64,000 nucleotides of DNA from Candidatus Poribacteria bacterium (GTDB lineage Bacteria > Poribacteria > WGA-4E > PCPOR2b): assembly GCA_965215015.1 (NCBI GenBank), contig OZ244042.1, forward strand, positions 2,496,001 to 2,560,000, given 5' to 3'. The notes beneath the pieces were generated by a model. That model was not told the DNA's origin, did no database searches, and was given only the letters and a program-made list of their open reading frames with translations. The number at the start of each line of letters is the position of its first letter. The first letter of the stretch is position 1. This document shows positions 29,038-39,286 of this stretch, in pieces. The translations under genes were made by a program, and so were the position numbers.

Positions 29038-29902
29038 GCATCCAGATCCACTGTTCCGGATAGCGTCGAATGTAAGATTCAATGACCTTGGTGAACCGTT
29101 GTGTGTTGACCAAAAGATCTTTTTCTTTGTCTCCACTCTGTTGTAGAGGTAACGGTGCTTCAACAACGGCACGGTGCGAATCATCAGGTTGGCGGATAAT
29201 AAATGTTGGCAAAATTGCAGCCCCGGTCTTGAGTGCAAGAGCTACCGGGCTATAAGGCGTATAAGCCGGCCTGCCGAAAAAATCAACGAAAATGCCTCGA
29301 GTACGGGTGTCCACATCTGCAAGAATGGCAATCAGTTCGTTTCGCTTTAGACAGCGTAACACTTCGCGCACCGATCGGTCTCGATCTATGCCTTGCCAGC
29401 CTACCTTTTCCCGATAAGTGCTAACAATGGCATCCAAACGCTTCGATCGTAACTGACGCGTAATGCCACGAATTGTATAGCCATTTGCAAGGATGCTGGC
29501 CCCGAGAAGTTCCCAATTACCAAAATGTGCTGTCAGGATGATTGCGCCTCTGCCTTGAGCTAGTGCCCAATCAATATGTTCTCTGCCTTCAAAGTTAACA
29601 AGCTGATGGAGGGTCTCAGGAGACATGCGAGGAAGCTGCATAAATTCCATCAAGTTCTTGCCCATGTTCTGAAAGGAACATCGAACAAGTTGCTCCACCA
29701 CCGGCTGCCCAATCCCAAGGCTCCGTTTGAGATTCTTGCATGCCCTGTCCTTTTGGTGGTGCGAAATCCAAAAGACAGCTGTAGCAAGATAAATGCCAAT
29801 GGATAATGCTGGTTTACGAGGCAGTCGAGCAATACACTGACCTATACATTGTGCCGTGAATGCGTAACAATAATCTTTCAGAATTCGCCACATACTTATC
29901 AC
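29009..29902 (-). CDS. Lipid A lauroyl/myristoyl acyltransferase (LpxL/HtrB family)
   Basis: TAHFGNWE, VDFFGRPA, RRYPEQWIWMHERWK. Confidence 0.92.
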   Translation of the reverse strand: MISMWRILKDYCYAFTAQCIGQCIARLPRKPALSIGIYLATAVFWISHHQKDRACKNLKRSLGIGQPVVEQLVRCSFQNMGKNLMEFMQLPRMSPETLHQLVNFEGREHIDWALAQGRGAIILTAHFGNWELLGASILANGYTIRGITRQLRSKRLDAIVSTYREKVGWQGIDRDRSVREVLRCLKRNELIAILADVDTRTRGIFVDFFGRPAYTPYSPVALALKTGAAILPTFIIRQPDDSHRAVVEAPLPLQQSGDKEKDLLVNTQRFTKVIESYIRRYPEQWIWMHERWKTQPK

Positions 29903-30010
29903 CTATTATAGCAAATCCAACCTGCGATGACAAGGAAATTCATGGGCCCAAAGGGAAATTGAGACTAGTTGGCATAAAAATTGACGGTCGGCATCAATCT
30001 CTGCAATAGA

Positions 30011-30152
30011 TAGGACTGACGCAGTTGAACGCTTGAAGCCAACTCCCGATGCTTTTATCGGGACAGGGAAGAACCAAACCCCCTCTAACTCCCCCGCAAG
30101 CGCGGGAGAACCATACGAACGGGCGACTACGAACTGAAGTGCGTAACTCCTA
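30011..30152. mobile_element. Family-A MITE-like element
   Basis: taggactgacgcagttgaacg ... gaagtgcgtaactccta ends. Confidence 0.68.
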
Positions 30153-30190
30153 AATAGAGTTGAATGTTTGAAAATTGGCTGAAGTTTTAC

Positions 30191-30219
30191 TTGAGTGTAG
30201 GATTTAAGTGTGTTAAAAT
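30191..30219 (+). promoter_or_regulatory. Putative sigma-70 promoter
   Basis: TTGAGT-N17-TAAAAT with TG extension. Confidence 0.5.
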
Positions 30220-30306
30220 AAACCGAGTTGCAATCTTGATTAGAAACGAATCTCTGGAAAATGGGTAGTAACTCAATCAAATCATATCGAAAGGTGGTGC
30301 AAAGTC

Positions 30307-30423
30307 ATGCGAAAAATGCTTAAACAAAATTGCTTCGATAGACAAAACAGTGCATTGGAAAATCTAGGAACTCGTCTTGACTCTGCCCATCTGCATTTCG
30401 GGTCAGTGAAAACGGCTGCTTAA
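30307..30423 (+). CDS. Putative 38-aa small protein or leader peptide
   Basis: AAGGTGG RBS-like; MRKMLKQNCFDRQNSALENLGTRLDSAHLHFGSVKTAA; own promoter and terminator. Confidence 0.45.
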   Translation: MRKMLKQNCFDRQNSALENLGTRLDSAHLHFGSVKTAA

Positions 30424-30443
30424 ATTTCGTTTGGCGTAATCTT

Positions 30444-30483
30444 AAAAAGCCCGTAAGGATGAGTTTCCTTGCGGGCTTTTTTT
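30444..30483 (+). terminator. Intrinsic terminator upstream of rsgA
   Basis: aaaaagcccgtaagga..tccttgcgggcttttttt. Confidence 0.8.
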
Positions 30484-30505
30484 ATTACCTTTGAGGTTAT
30501 ATTTT

Positions 30506-31507
30506 ATGGATGAAGGAATCGTTATCAAGGCATACGGTGGATCATATGATGTCCAAGTCGGCGGACAACCTTACCACTGCTCATTGCGGCATCATATTAT
30601 TGAAGCGGATAGACGCGAACGCGCAGAAACGAAGGAGTTGCCGTACGTAGATCTCGTTTCCGTCGGCGATCGAGTACAAATCTCTCTATCGCAGTCAAAA
30701 GCGGATGTGGGTTATATTGAGGAAATTCTCCCACGTCAGACGCAATTTGGCCGTACGCGCGTGAACAAATTACCACAGATCATTGTAGCCAACCTCGATC
30801 TCCTGCTAATCATCTTTGCGGCACGGGACCCTCAACTTAAACTACGCATGTTGGATCGATTTCTCGTAACCGCAGAGGCGTCGGGGATGTTACCTGTAAT
30901 CTGTATTAACAAGATTGACCTAGCCCGACTGAAAAAGTTAAAAGCACAAATGGCACCGTATGAGGAAATCGGTTATAAAGTGATTTACACAAGTATTGTA
31001 ACGGGTGCCGGAATCGATGAAATGCGTGCGGTGATGAAAGATCAGCTCTCCGCTATCGTCGGATCGTCTGGCGTTGGCAAATCATCGCTGCTCAACGAGA
31101 TTCAGCCGGGCTTGAAGCTACGTGTCGGCGATGTTGATGAGCGGATACACAAGGGGCGGCACACCACAACGGAGGTCTCTCTTTTGCCACTCCATTTCGG
31201 TGGATTCGTTGCAGACACACCGGGCATCCGTACACTCGGCTTGTTTGAGATTGATGATGAACAGGGGCTAGACATCTATTTCCCCGAAATGCGTCTCTAC
31301 ATTCCCGAATGTAAATTTGCAGCGTGCACCCACCAACATGAACCGGGGTGCGCGGTCAAAAGTGCTGTCGATCGTGGAGAAATTAACAGGTTGCGGTACG
31401 ACAGCTACCTACGCATATCGGGGTTTAGCGCAGGACGGTTTGAGCGTGAAGGCCCAAAGAAAGAAACAAAACGATATGAGAGGAGACATAAACGTGCGAA
31501 GCGATAG
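30506..31507 (+). CDS. rsgA: Small ribosomal subunit biogenesis GTPase RsgA
   Basis: NKID, GSSGVGKSSL, GRHTTT, DTPG, CKFAACTHQHEPGC. Confidence 0.96.
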   Translation: MDEGIVIKAYGGSYDVQVGGQPYHCSLRHHIIEADRRERAETKELPYVDLVSVGDRVQISLSQSKADVGYIEEILPRQTQFGRTRVNKLPQIIVANLDLLLIIFAARDPQLKLRMLDRFLVTAEASGMLPVICINKIDLARLKKLKAQMAPYEEIGYKVIYTSIVTGAGIDEMRAVMKDQLSAIVGSSGVGKSSLLNEIQPGLKLRVGDVDERIHKGRHTTTEVSLLPLHFGGFVADTPGIRTLGLFEIDDEQGLDIYFPEMRLYIPECKFAACTHQHEPGCAVKSAVDRGEINRLRYDSYLRISGFSAGRFEREGPKKETKRYERRHKRAKR

Positions 31508-32345
31508 TGGACGTCAAGTGATTCAAAAATTGAGACGAATCATTGAAAAGAATGAACAGAAGCTCACCTATTTTCAGAATCGACTGAAACAAGCTGAGTT
31601 TATTGATTTGCCAAACCAGCGCCTAATTGGTACCGCAGCAGGACAAGCAGATTCATATACGGATCAGCTAGCTGTCCTGCAAATCCAGCTACGCGAGTTA
31701 GAAAAACTTTACGGCGGTAGTGTAAAACTGAGAATAACAGAAGAGCGAGATTTGCGGCGAATTTGGGGTTGGACAAATGAGCCTACGCTTCGCAATCAGT
31801 TGCGTACTGAATTCATGCCATTCCAAACTTACGTTGACAACTGGTATCGTTGGCTCGCTGACGAAGACACGCACCCGTTTTCAATCGATCTGGCAACCGG
31901 TGAACTGGCTGGCTTTATGCTAATCAAATGCACCGATGGGGAGCGGAAAGCTGTGACACTTGAGTTTATCGTTATTCGACCCGATTGCCGTTATCTGGGG
32001 TACGGCACAGAGGCTATGCAGCAGGCAATCAACTTGGCGTTTGAACATCTCGGCGTGGACACCTTTGCGCTTCAAGTTGATGTTGATAACTATGGTGCCT
32101 TTCTCTGTTTCGAGAGGTGTGGGTTGGAGTGCGTTGACCAAGGGACTTACAGGAACTCGGAGTGTTATCTCATGGAGACGCGCCGCGAAGTCTGGGAAGG
32201 TGTTAGATCTGCCGAGTCAATTCCAGAACCCGATGACCGTGAAGCACCGGCTGTTTGGAACCCTGATACAACTGAGGAGGGATCCAGTCCCTATCTCACT
32301 GCGAAGCTGTTGTCACCCTTAAAGGAGCTTGTTTCAAATCGCTGA
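31494..32345 (+). CDS. GNAT (RimJ/RimL-like) acetyltransferase with N-terminal coiled coil
   Basis: RYLGYGTEAM, NYGAFLCFERCG; probable GTG start behind GAGGAG, overlapping the rsgA end. Confidence 0.8.
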   Translation: MRSDSGRQVIQKLRRIIEKNEQKLTYFQNRLKQAEFIDLPNQRLIGTAAGQADSYTDQLAVLQIQLRELEKLYGGSVKLRITEERDLRRIWGWTNEPTLRNQLRTEFMPFQTYVDNWYRWLADEDTHPFSIDLATGELAGFMLIKCTDGERKAVTLEFIVIRPDCRYLGYGTEAMQQAINLAFEHLGVDTFALQVDVDNYGAFLCFERCGLECVDQGTYRNSECYLMETRREVWEGVRSAESIPEPDDREAPAVWNPDTTEEGSSPYLTAKLLSPLKELVSNR

Positions 32346-32354
32346 ATGTGAGAC

Positions 32355-33371
32355 TTATTCCTCCACCAATTCAAAAGATTCTAATTCAAACGTGACATCA
32401 ATGGTAACATCATCGCGTGTCTGAGATTGAGTGAATTTAACAATGCCAACATTGGGGGCAAGCCATTTCTGCGCTACCGTCGTGTCGAGGGGGTGATCGA
32501 AAATACTCCACGTAAACGACTCCTGCACCTGAAATACGTTCTCGAACGTGCCTGCCGGCACTGTCAGGGTCTCCTCTGAAAGCACCTCAAACTCATCAGT
32601 ACCACCACCGACCGAGAAGAACAGTTCGGGGGTCAATTTTACCTGAAAATTTGTTTGCCATTTATTTTTCGGAATCAGCGGAAAATTGTAAAGCGGCAAA
32701 AAAGGATAGAAAACAATTGTATCTTCCGTGCCGGAGGTAACATTCTGAGCGTGCTGCAGGATTCCCTTGACAACGCCATTTTCAATTTTATGACCTAAGT
32801 AAGAAAAATTGATGATGCCTTCTAGCCCTTCATCAGGACTCGATTTCTGCAAGACGTAGCTTTTGACTGTTCGATCGCTGGTGACTTCGATCTCGATCGC
32901 GTCAACGATTTCAAAGATAACCCGATTTCCTTCATCATCGCGATAGTGCCACGTATTGCCAACAGCGAGTGGGTAGTAATCCCCCGGACGAGTCCGCCAC
33001 ACACGGATGTCGATGGTGCTGGTGGTCGATTTCCTTCCATCGCTTACGGTGGTTTCAATCAGGTATTTTCGCTCCTCTTCGGGCGCAGTCCAAATCGCAC
33101 CGAGATCATCGCCACGAATCGTGCCGCCGGTCGCATACCATTCAACGGACAGTTTATCGCCATCAACGTCAACGGCTTTGAGGGTGATACTGACTTGTGC
33201 GCCGGGTTCAACGATATCGGATTCAGTTTTGAAGACAGAAATCCTTGGTGCGAAATTATCGTCACGATCGCCCTCACTACACCCCAGAATTAGGAAAAGA
33301 GAGATTGTTAGAAGCACAGGCAACAGATTCAGTCCCTTAATTAAAAACATAGTAGGGTCCCCTTCATTCAT
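32355..33371 (-). CDS. Lipoprotein, Ig/PKD-like N-domain plus beta-rich (DUF3108-like) C-domain
   Basis: Lipobox ILGC, DVDGDKL, YYPLAVGNTWHY, TVPAGTF, WLAPNVGIVK. Confidence 0.78.
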   Translation of the reverse strand: MNEGDPTMFLIKGLNLLPVLLTISLFLILGCSEGDRDDNFAPRISVFKTESDIVEPGAQVSITLKAVDVDGDKLSVEWYATGGTIRGDDLGAIWTAPEEERKYLIETTVSDGRKSTTSTIDIRVWRTRPGDYYPLAVGNTWHYRDDEGNRVIFEIVDAIEIEVTSDRTVKSYVLQKSSPDEGLEGIINFSYLGHKIENGVVKGILQHAQNVTSGTEDTIVFYPFLPLYNFPLIPKNKWQTNFQVKLTPELFFSVGGGTDEFEVLSEETLTVPAGTFENVFQVQESFTWSIFDHPLDTTVAQKWLAPNVGIVKFTQSQTRDDVTIDVTFELESFELVEE

Positions 33372-33501
33372 AAATATAGAAGAGTTGCCGCCCCGATAAA
33401 ATCGGGACTCAACGCAAACATAAAACGCTGGAGTGGGTGAAAAGATTACAATGTTATACTACAAAATATACTGAAATGTTGCGAGAAAATAGTACTGTTA
33501 A

Positions 33502-34581
33502 TCAGCCCAGCTCCCAACCGTATTCCCTTGCCGGGATGTATGAAAGCTGCCCGCTTTTGAGCATCAACTCAAGCGGAGACGCTTTCTGAGTCAATGGGAA
33601 CGCAATCTTGACTTTGCCAAGCCGTTCCGATTCGTAGGCGGCGAGGCACATCTCCAAAGCAGCACGACCATCGTATCCGCTGGAGACGTTCTCTCTATCC
33701 TCGTCGAGGCAAACCACCATTTCCCACGCGCCTTCGCTCGGTACATTTCCTGTCGAATTCCCGATAATCTCACTGCCTATCGCCTCAATCTGCTCTCCCT
33801 CACGGAAGTCTCCCAAGTCCTCGTCCTTCTTCCAAAGCCGAATCAGTGGTTGCCAACCACGGTGCGGACGAACCTCTATCTTTCCTTCACTTCCCTCAAG
33901 AATGAAACAACCGTCTAATCGGTAATTCCAGTGTCCACCAGTCATGAACAGTGCAGTGACGCCATCATTGAGACCAAAAAAGCTCATAACCCGTTCACGT
34001 CCATCACGCCGATCAACAGTCGCGATAACCCACTCCGGATCTCCGCTGAACCACCGAATGGCGTCGCAAGTGTGCGTCCCGTTGTGCAGCAGCGTACTAG
34101 TATCACCGTAATTCTGAGCCTCGATATGTAACAAGGTCCCAATGTCACCGTCATCCACCATCTGCTTGACACGACGCCAATTCGGTTCATATCTCATAGT
34201 GTGATCAATCGCTAGTTTCGTTCCAGACCGCTCGCACGCTTCGACGACTCGGTCCGCATCTTTCATGTTCAATGCCATCGGCTTTTCGCAGAGGATTGCT
34301 TTAGCTCCTGCTTCTGCTGCTGCAATTGTCGGTTCCACATGCTCCCGGTTGTGCGTTGTCACGCCGACGATATCAAGCCTTTCTTTGCTTAACATTTGTT
34401 GCATGTCGGTGTACGACGATGGAATCTCAAATCTTCCAACGAGCGTGTTTACCTTCTCTTCAAGGATATCGCAGGCGGCAACAACCTCCACGCGGTCATG
34501 CAGTTGCTGAAACGCCGTTGCGTAATATGTCCCAATGCTGCCACAACCGATAATTCCGACGCGATACTTCGTTTTGGGCAT
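33502..34581 (-). CDS. Gfo/Idh/MocA oxidoreductase
   Basis: IIGCGSIG, ILCEKPMA, HNGTHTCD. Confidence 0.92.
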   Translation of the reverse strand: MPKTKYRVGIIGCGSIGTYYATAFQQLHDRVEVVAACDILEEKVNTLVGRFEIPSSYTDMQQMLSKERLDIVGVTTHNREHVEPTIAAAEAGAKAILCEKPMALNMKDADRVVEACERSGTKLAIDHTMRYEPNWRRVKQMVDDGDIGTLLHIEAQNYGDTSTLLHNGTHTCDAIRWFSGDPEWVIATVDRRDGRERVMSFFGLNDGVTALFMTGGHWNYRLDGCFILEGSEGKIEVRPHRGWQPLIRLWKKDEDLGDFREGEQIEAIGSEIIGNSTGNVPSEGAWEMVVCLDEDRENVSSGYDGRAALEMCLAAYESERLGKVKIAFPLTQKASPLELMLKSGQLSYIPAREYGWELG

Positions 34582-34608
34582 ACTTCATCCCCCTGCCTGT
34601 GGTGCTTA

Positions 34609-34842
34609 TCAGTTTAACTTCACCAATACCTGTATCGCCTCAAGCTTTGTTCTCATATACCGATTATCGTCCCCAATAACTTCGATAGGAGTGGATACGG
34701 CACGCTTAGCCCCTAACTTACCTGAGGAGTGCTCATAATAATTGTCCGAATCACGAATTAAACTGATGAAGCGGAGTGCACGGATTCTTGCCCCGAAAAT
34801 ACCCCTGAGGACCGGCGTTGCTGCATTCAAGCGTTTCATCAT
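34609..34842 (-). CDS. Small hypothetical protein or gene remnant
   Basis: 77-aa ORF with AAGGAG RBS filling the gap between co-oriented genes; end weakly resembles one HEAT repeat. Confidence 0.4.
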   Translation of the reverse strand: MMKRLNAATPVLRGIFGARIRALRFISLIRDSDNYYEHSSGKLGAKRAVSTPIEVIGDDNRYMRTKLEAIQVLVKLN

Positions 34843-34887
34843 GACTTTCTCCTTTAAGCCCTCCCAGGAAAACAGCGGAAACCCGGC

Positions 34888-35850
34888 TCAGCGGATCGCA
34901 ATCGGATTGCCCGGAGATCCGGTGGCACCTTTCAGCTTCAGCGGCGCAAAAATAAAGGCGAACTCGTAGACCTTATCTGCTGCAAGCTCTGCGGTGATAA
35001 GATTCTCAATGTTATAAATGCCGTTTTTGGCAATGAACAGTTGATGAACAGGGGCAAAAATTGATTCGTCAGGATTCGGGATCACCTCGATCGCCCAGTT
35101 ATCCGCACCCGCCATAACAATCTGTTTATCAACCAGATATTTGCCCGCCTCCATGCCGATACCGGGCTCCGATCCGTTATAGCGCTCATTGTCCGTCATC
35201 CAAAATTTACCCCAACCGGTATGAGTAATGACCACATCGCCGGCCCTTATCTCCACGCCTTGCTTTTTTAATGCACCTTCTATATCTTCAATAGTGATTT
35301 CGTAGCCGCCCTCCAGATGCTCGACACCTTTATAACCAGCAACGTCAATGAGTACCCCACGGGTGACGAAAACGCCAACATTTTCCACACCCAGTTTCTT
35401 CAATCCATCGGGCTTGGCGAAGTCAAGTCGGTTGTTTCCGTTGTAGTAAAGATCGCCGATACCGATGTGTCCCAATCCATCGAATTGGGTGCCAATCTGT
35501 CCAATTTCGCCACTGACAATCTCATCATGCCACGTGACCTTGTTTTTATGGTCGGTGCTCCCGGTTTGCGGAATCAACAGGCTATAGTGGCGTGTTCCAA
35601 ACAGTGGCATGCCTGCTTCGTAAACCCGACCGAGTTGATAGATTTTTCCTTCCTTAATCAGACTAACAGCTTCTAAAACCTTCGTGGCTGTCAGCAGATT
35701 TGCCGCGCCGCGTTGATCATCTTTTCCCCATTTGGAGGGATACCAGTTGGATTCCTCCGTAAGGGTCCAAGTTGCTGTCAGCGCAATGAGTAACACCGCG
35801 GAACCTAAGATTGCGAAAAATTTGACGACGTTTTTGCGTTTGCGAGACAT
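34888..35850 (-). CDS. Cyclase / kynurenine-formamidase-like family hydrolase, exported
   Basis: WGKDDQRGAAN, GTQFDGLGH, RGVLIDV, IYNIEN, GATGSPGNP. Confidence 0.9.
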   Translation of the reverse strand: MSRKRKNVVKFFAILGSAVLLIALTATWTLTEESNWYPSKWGKDDQRGAANLLTATKVLEAVSLIKEGKIYQLGRVYEAGMPLFGTRHYSLLIPQTGSTDHKNKVTWHDEIVSGEIGQIGTQFDGLGHIGIGDLYYNGNNRLDFAKPDGLKKLGVENVGVFVTRGVLIDVAGYKGVEHLEGGYEITIEDIEGALKKQGVEIRAGDVVITHTGWGKFWMTDNERYNGSEPGIGMEAGKYLVDKQIVMAGADNWAIEVIPNPDESIFAPVHQLFIAKNGIYNIENLITAELAADKVYEFAFIFAPLKLKGATGSPGNPIAIR

Positions 35851-36071
35851 TGTTTTCTCCTTTCATTTGAGGGAATTCTATAACATTCGTCGTAGCGGAA
35901 GCTAATTGGTTCTATACTAGGTTCTGTTGACATTTATGTGAGTCGTATCCGTAATTTGTCGATTGCTCTTTGGCCAATTGAAAGGACACACCTTATATTG
36001 AGAGGAGTTCAGTGTAGCAAAATTCGTAGGTAAAGTCAAACAAATTTCTAAGGAGGAGGGTTTTGGATTGG

Positions 36072-36183
36072 GCTTATGTTAAGAGATTGTGCAAAGACAC
36101 CGAGCTTTTGGCAAGCCTGGGCGGGAACCCAACCCCGCTCCTACAGCTTCTCTTTGCGTTTTGCACTTTCTTTTAATATAAAC
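36072..36183. repeat. Family-B inverted-repeat element
   Basis: gcttatgttaagagattgtgcaa ... gcgttttgcactttcttttaatataaac. Confidence 0.62.
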
Positions 36184-36321
36184 GTCCTTTTTATAAGCCC
36201 CTAGGTCGGTCTTCCTAGCCCGACTGCACTAATGAACCAACCAGGGGCCCTTAGTTGAAATTATTTGGAGGATTCGCCTCGCAGGGCGGTCATTTCCGCA
36301 CGAAGCTGTTCTAATTCAGAT

Positions 36322-36983
36322 TCAAGTTGTTGTCGGCGTTGGGTTGCTTCTTGGGCCATCCGGCAAATAGGGGCGTAACAACCTGACCTGAGTTGCCGGT
36401 TGATACTCCCAGCGGAGCCACATATTCAAAGCATGGCTGAACAACCCTCCTTGTGCATCGGGTTCGATTTCTTCAATTTCACCGGACAGACTTCGACACC
36501 ACCCACGGAACTCCGGAGGCTTGGCACCTTCGGGTTGATGCATAAAATACTCATCAACCTCAATCTCATAAGTATTGTCTGATTTTGTCGCCCCAGTCGT
36601 GAGCCTCTGTAGATTCGGAAAGAAATTCAAACACCACTGCAAGGACTGCCCCTTCCACCCAAGTGTAAAAACTTTGCCTTTCTGGAAACGACTCGGCACC
36701 TAAGACGACGTAGATATCAGGTGCCACAAATTTCCGGTAATCCCCTTCCCGGCAATAAATGAAAGCTGTCAATGCCGATGTAAGCGCGATTATCACTCCC
36801 CAAGTAATGCTTGAGTTGGTCACTGAGTGTAGTAATCTGTACGCCATGAAATCTCGTTGTGGACATGGGTTGGTCGTCCGCCGAGGGTTAGCCTTCAATG
36901 CCAACCGTTGGTTTGCCATTGGCTTTGGGAAAAATTGGCATCTGTTTTCTGCGCTTGAAGTCAAAGTCGGTTCGGGTATCCAT
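36322..36983 (-). pseudogene. Uma2/DUF820 endonuclease-like pseudogene
   Basis: GGAGG RBS and ATG 36983; *PSADDQPM (stop in place of Tyr), VAPDIYVV, VVFEFLSEST, EYFMHQP spread over different frames; 3' end approximate. Confidence 0.8.
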
Positions 36984-37006
36984 GATATTCCCCTCCCAAT
37001 CAGGGT

Positions 37007-39037
37007 TCAAAACTTAACCGTCAATTCACCCACGAACTGTTTTGCCCGATTGCGGCTGCCAAAGACTTCGTAGAGGTTACCAGAAGCATCAAAATAACGA
37101 CGCACAAAGTTACGGCTAGTCTCCGCCGGATTCAGATCGGTGTATTCCAACCACAGATTGACATCTGTGAATATATCCCAATTTCCCCCAACAGCCAGAG
37201 AACTTGCATCACCTTCCCCCTCCTGAGCTTGGCGGTTCAGATCTGGAAAGAGGGCCTGTTGATAGAGGTCTGTTGTACCGTCGATCCGTTCAGCATACAG
37301 ATTAAGTTCCTTGTAGTGGTAGGCATTGGGGTTTGTGATAAATTTCAGATTTGCAACGACAGTGTTCGTCAACGCTTGGGTCTCAAAATCGTAGCTATCT
37401 TCTTCCTTCGGCGGCGTTCTATAGCGTTCATCCTGTTCTCCGTAGGTAAAGACCTCCGCAAGGGTCAGGTTCCAGTTTTCTGAAAGATTATATGTCCAGA
37501 AGAAGGAGTTGTTCAACTGTAACAGATTCAATTGGTCATCAACATCCGCGTCCTCGTCGATATCCTCGTAATCTTCGAGAAAATCACTGTCCCGGTTGAC
37601 TGCCCTCGTATTATAAACCGCGTTCATGTGCGATGGCTTAATCGTAAAACCTTCGATAGAATATTGGCGAATGATTAAATCGCTGCCATCACGGAGGTAG
37701 ACGTGCCCACGGGGATCTAAGGTGAGGAAAGCGAGATCATGGTCTTCTGCACTCCGTCTGTCTATTTCATAAACCACGCGGCCTCTGTATCTTCCTGCAC
37801 TATTAAACCGCTGCACACGCGCAATGACGTTGTGATAAATTGTTTCACGTATCTCTTTAATCTTTAGATCTTCTTCTTCCTCCTTTTTGTTCTCATGTTT
37901 CTCGTCTTGTTCATCAAGATATTCGTTGAGATAACGGCGATATTCCGCTTCCTCAAGCAGACGAATCCGCCGGTGCAGGATCGCCAGATCTGACGCCTGC
38001 GAATTTGGGTTGAGAAAGCCAGAGCGCGGGCGAGCCGTATCAATGACTGAGCTGACAAGTCCTGTACCGGTTGAATAAACATCAGCGAGTCCCTGCCCGG
38101 ACGGTGAAACAACATCCAAGAAATTGGCGAGCGGGCTTCCCAAAAACCGTTTGAACTGGCTCTTATCTTTAACCAAAATCTCACCCGTTGGCAAGGTAAC
38201 AATAGCGATCGGTTTGATAAATTCACCGTCGTCCCGTCCCTTTTTCCCAAAGTCTAACATAAATTTCCCGTTCGCGTTAAACTTGACCAGACGATGGTTG
38301 CCGGTGTCCGCAATTAATACGTTCCCCTCCATGTCAATTTCGATATCTGAAGCATCGCTGTCAAATTCGCCGTTGCCTGCGCCGTACCTGCCAAAGGTGC
38401 TCAGTTTCTCTCCGTCTGCACCAAATTTGTGAACCCTTGCGTTTTTTGCATCCAGTACGTACAGTTGGCTCTGGCTATCCACATCGATGAGAACTGACCT
38501 GTCATAGTTCCTCGGTTGGTAGGCGAATGCCGTTTTGCCCTCCTCGTCAATCATCAAGCGCGTAGGCAGAACCACTTTGGGACGGACGTCAATCGCATCC
38601 ACAACGTAGGTGTGCAGTAATTGGCCATCGCTATTGAACTTGTAAACACAGGGACCAAACCAATAAAGTTTCGGATCCGCAGTTTCCGGGATATGATGGG
38701 GCACAGCCTGATCAACAACGTAGATATTTCCATTTCCATCGACGGCAACGTCACCCGGCTTTCTGAGTATACTGTCCACAGCTTTTTCTTTCGGAATTTG
38801 CATGATGAAACCACCCGTTGGTGACAGTTTCTGGACCAGCCGGTTATCTGCGTCGCTGACGTAAATATTGCCTATGTCATCAAATCCAACACGAATATTT
38901 TTGCTAAAAAATCCGTCCGCCGAGCCTTTTCCACTGAACTCTCGCTCAAACTTCAAAAACCCTACAGCAAATACTTCATCCGCCTGCCATACACACAGGG
39001 CAGCGGCAATAAGCAAAAGAACAATCAATTTTTTCAT
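37007..39037 (-). CDS. Secreted NHL-repeat protein with a beta-strand-rich C-terminal domain
   Basis: Signal peptide; GNIYVSD/GNIYVVD/GNVLIADTGNHR repeats; terminal ELTVKF. Confidence 0.85.
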   Translation of the reverse strand: MKKLIVLLLIAAALCVWQADEVFAVGFLKFEREFSGKGSADGFFSKNIRVGFDDIGNIYVSDADNRLVQKLSPTGGFIMQIPKEKAVDSILRKPGDVAVDGNGNIYVVDQAVPHHIPETADPKLYWFGPCVYKFNSDGQLLHTYVVDAIDVRPKVVLPTRLMIDEEGKTAFAYQPRNYDRSVLIDVDSQSQLYVLDAKNARVHKFGADGEKLSTFGRYGAGNGEFDSDASDIEIDMEGNVLIADTGNHRLVKFNANGKFMLDFGKKGRDDGEFIKPIAIVTLPTGEILVKDKSQFKRFLGSPLANFLDVVSPSGQGLADVYSTGTGLVSSVIDTARPRSGFLNPNSQASDLAILHRRIRLLEEAEYRRYLNEYLDEQDEKHENKKEEEEDLKIKEIRETIYHNVIARVQRFNSAGRYRGRVVYEIDRRSAEDHDLAFLTLDPRGHVYLRDGSDLIIRQYSIEGFTIKPSHMNAVYNTRAVNRDSDFLEDYEDIDEDADVDDQLNLLQLNNSFFWTYNLSENWNLTLAEVFTYGEQDERYRTPPKEEDSYDFETQALTNTVVANLKFITNPNAYHYKELNLYAERIDGTTDLYQQALFPDLNRQAQEGEGDASSLAVGGNWDIFTDVNLWLEYTDLNPAETSRNFVRRYFDASGNLYEVFGSRNRAKQFVGELTVKF

Positions 39038-39103
39038 TAGATAAGGGTCCCTCAAATGATTTAGTTGTATACATTGCACTTGATCTCACTTATATTGATG
39101 TTG

Positions 39104-39286
39104 GTTCATGCTACGGAATCGTGCAACAGAAACCGTAGGAACGAGGTTCCCCCGCCCGTACTTATCAAAAACTCGATTTCTCTAAGCGTTTCGCACTTTT
39201 TCGTTTGCATGAGCCCCATAGGGCGGACACCAATAAACAAATGTTTTTCACGTTGTTAGCGTTTTGCACTTTCTTTTGACGTAAAC
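39104..39286. repeat. Family-B element (39104-39214) plus a second right end (39259-39286)
   Basis: gttcatgctacggaatcgtgcaac ... gcgtttcgcactttttcgtttgcatgagc; then gcgttttgcactttcttttgacgtaaac. Confidence 0.62.

Noticed and set aside
29969-29986. Sigma-54 promoter ttggcataaaaattgac
   Set aside because: The -12 element is GA rather than GC and no gene follows directly
30226-30483. tmRNA (ORF ends in Ala-Ala)
   Set aside because: No tRNA-like 5' GGGG end, T-loop or CCA 3' end is recognisable
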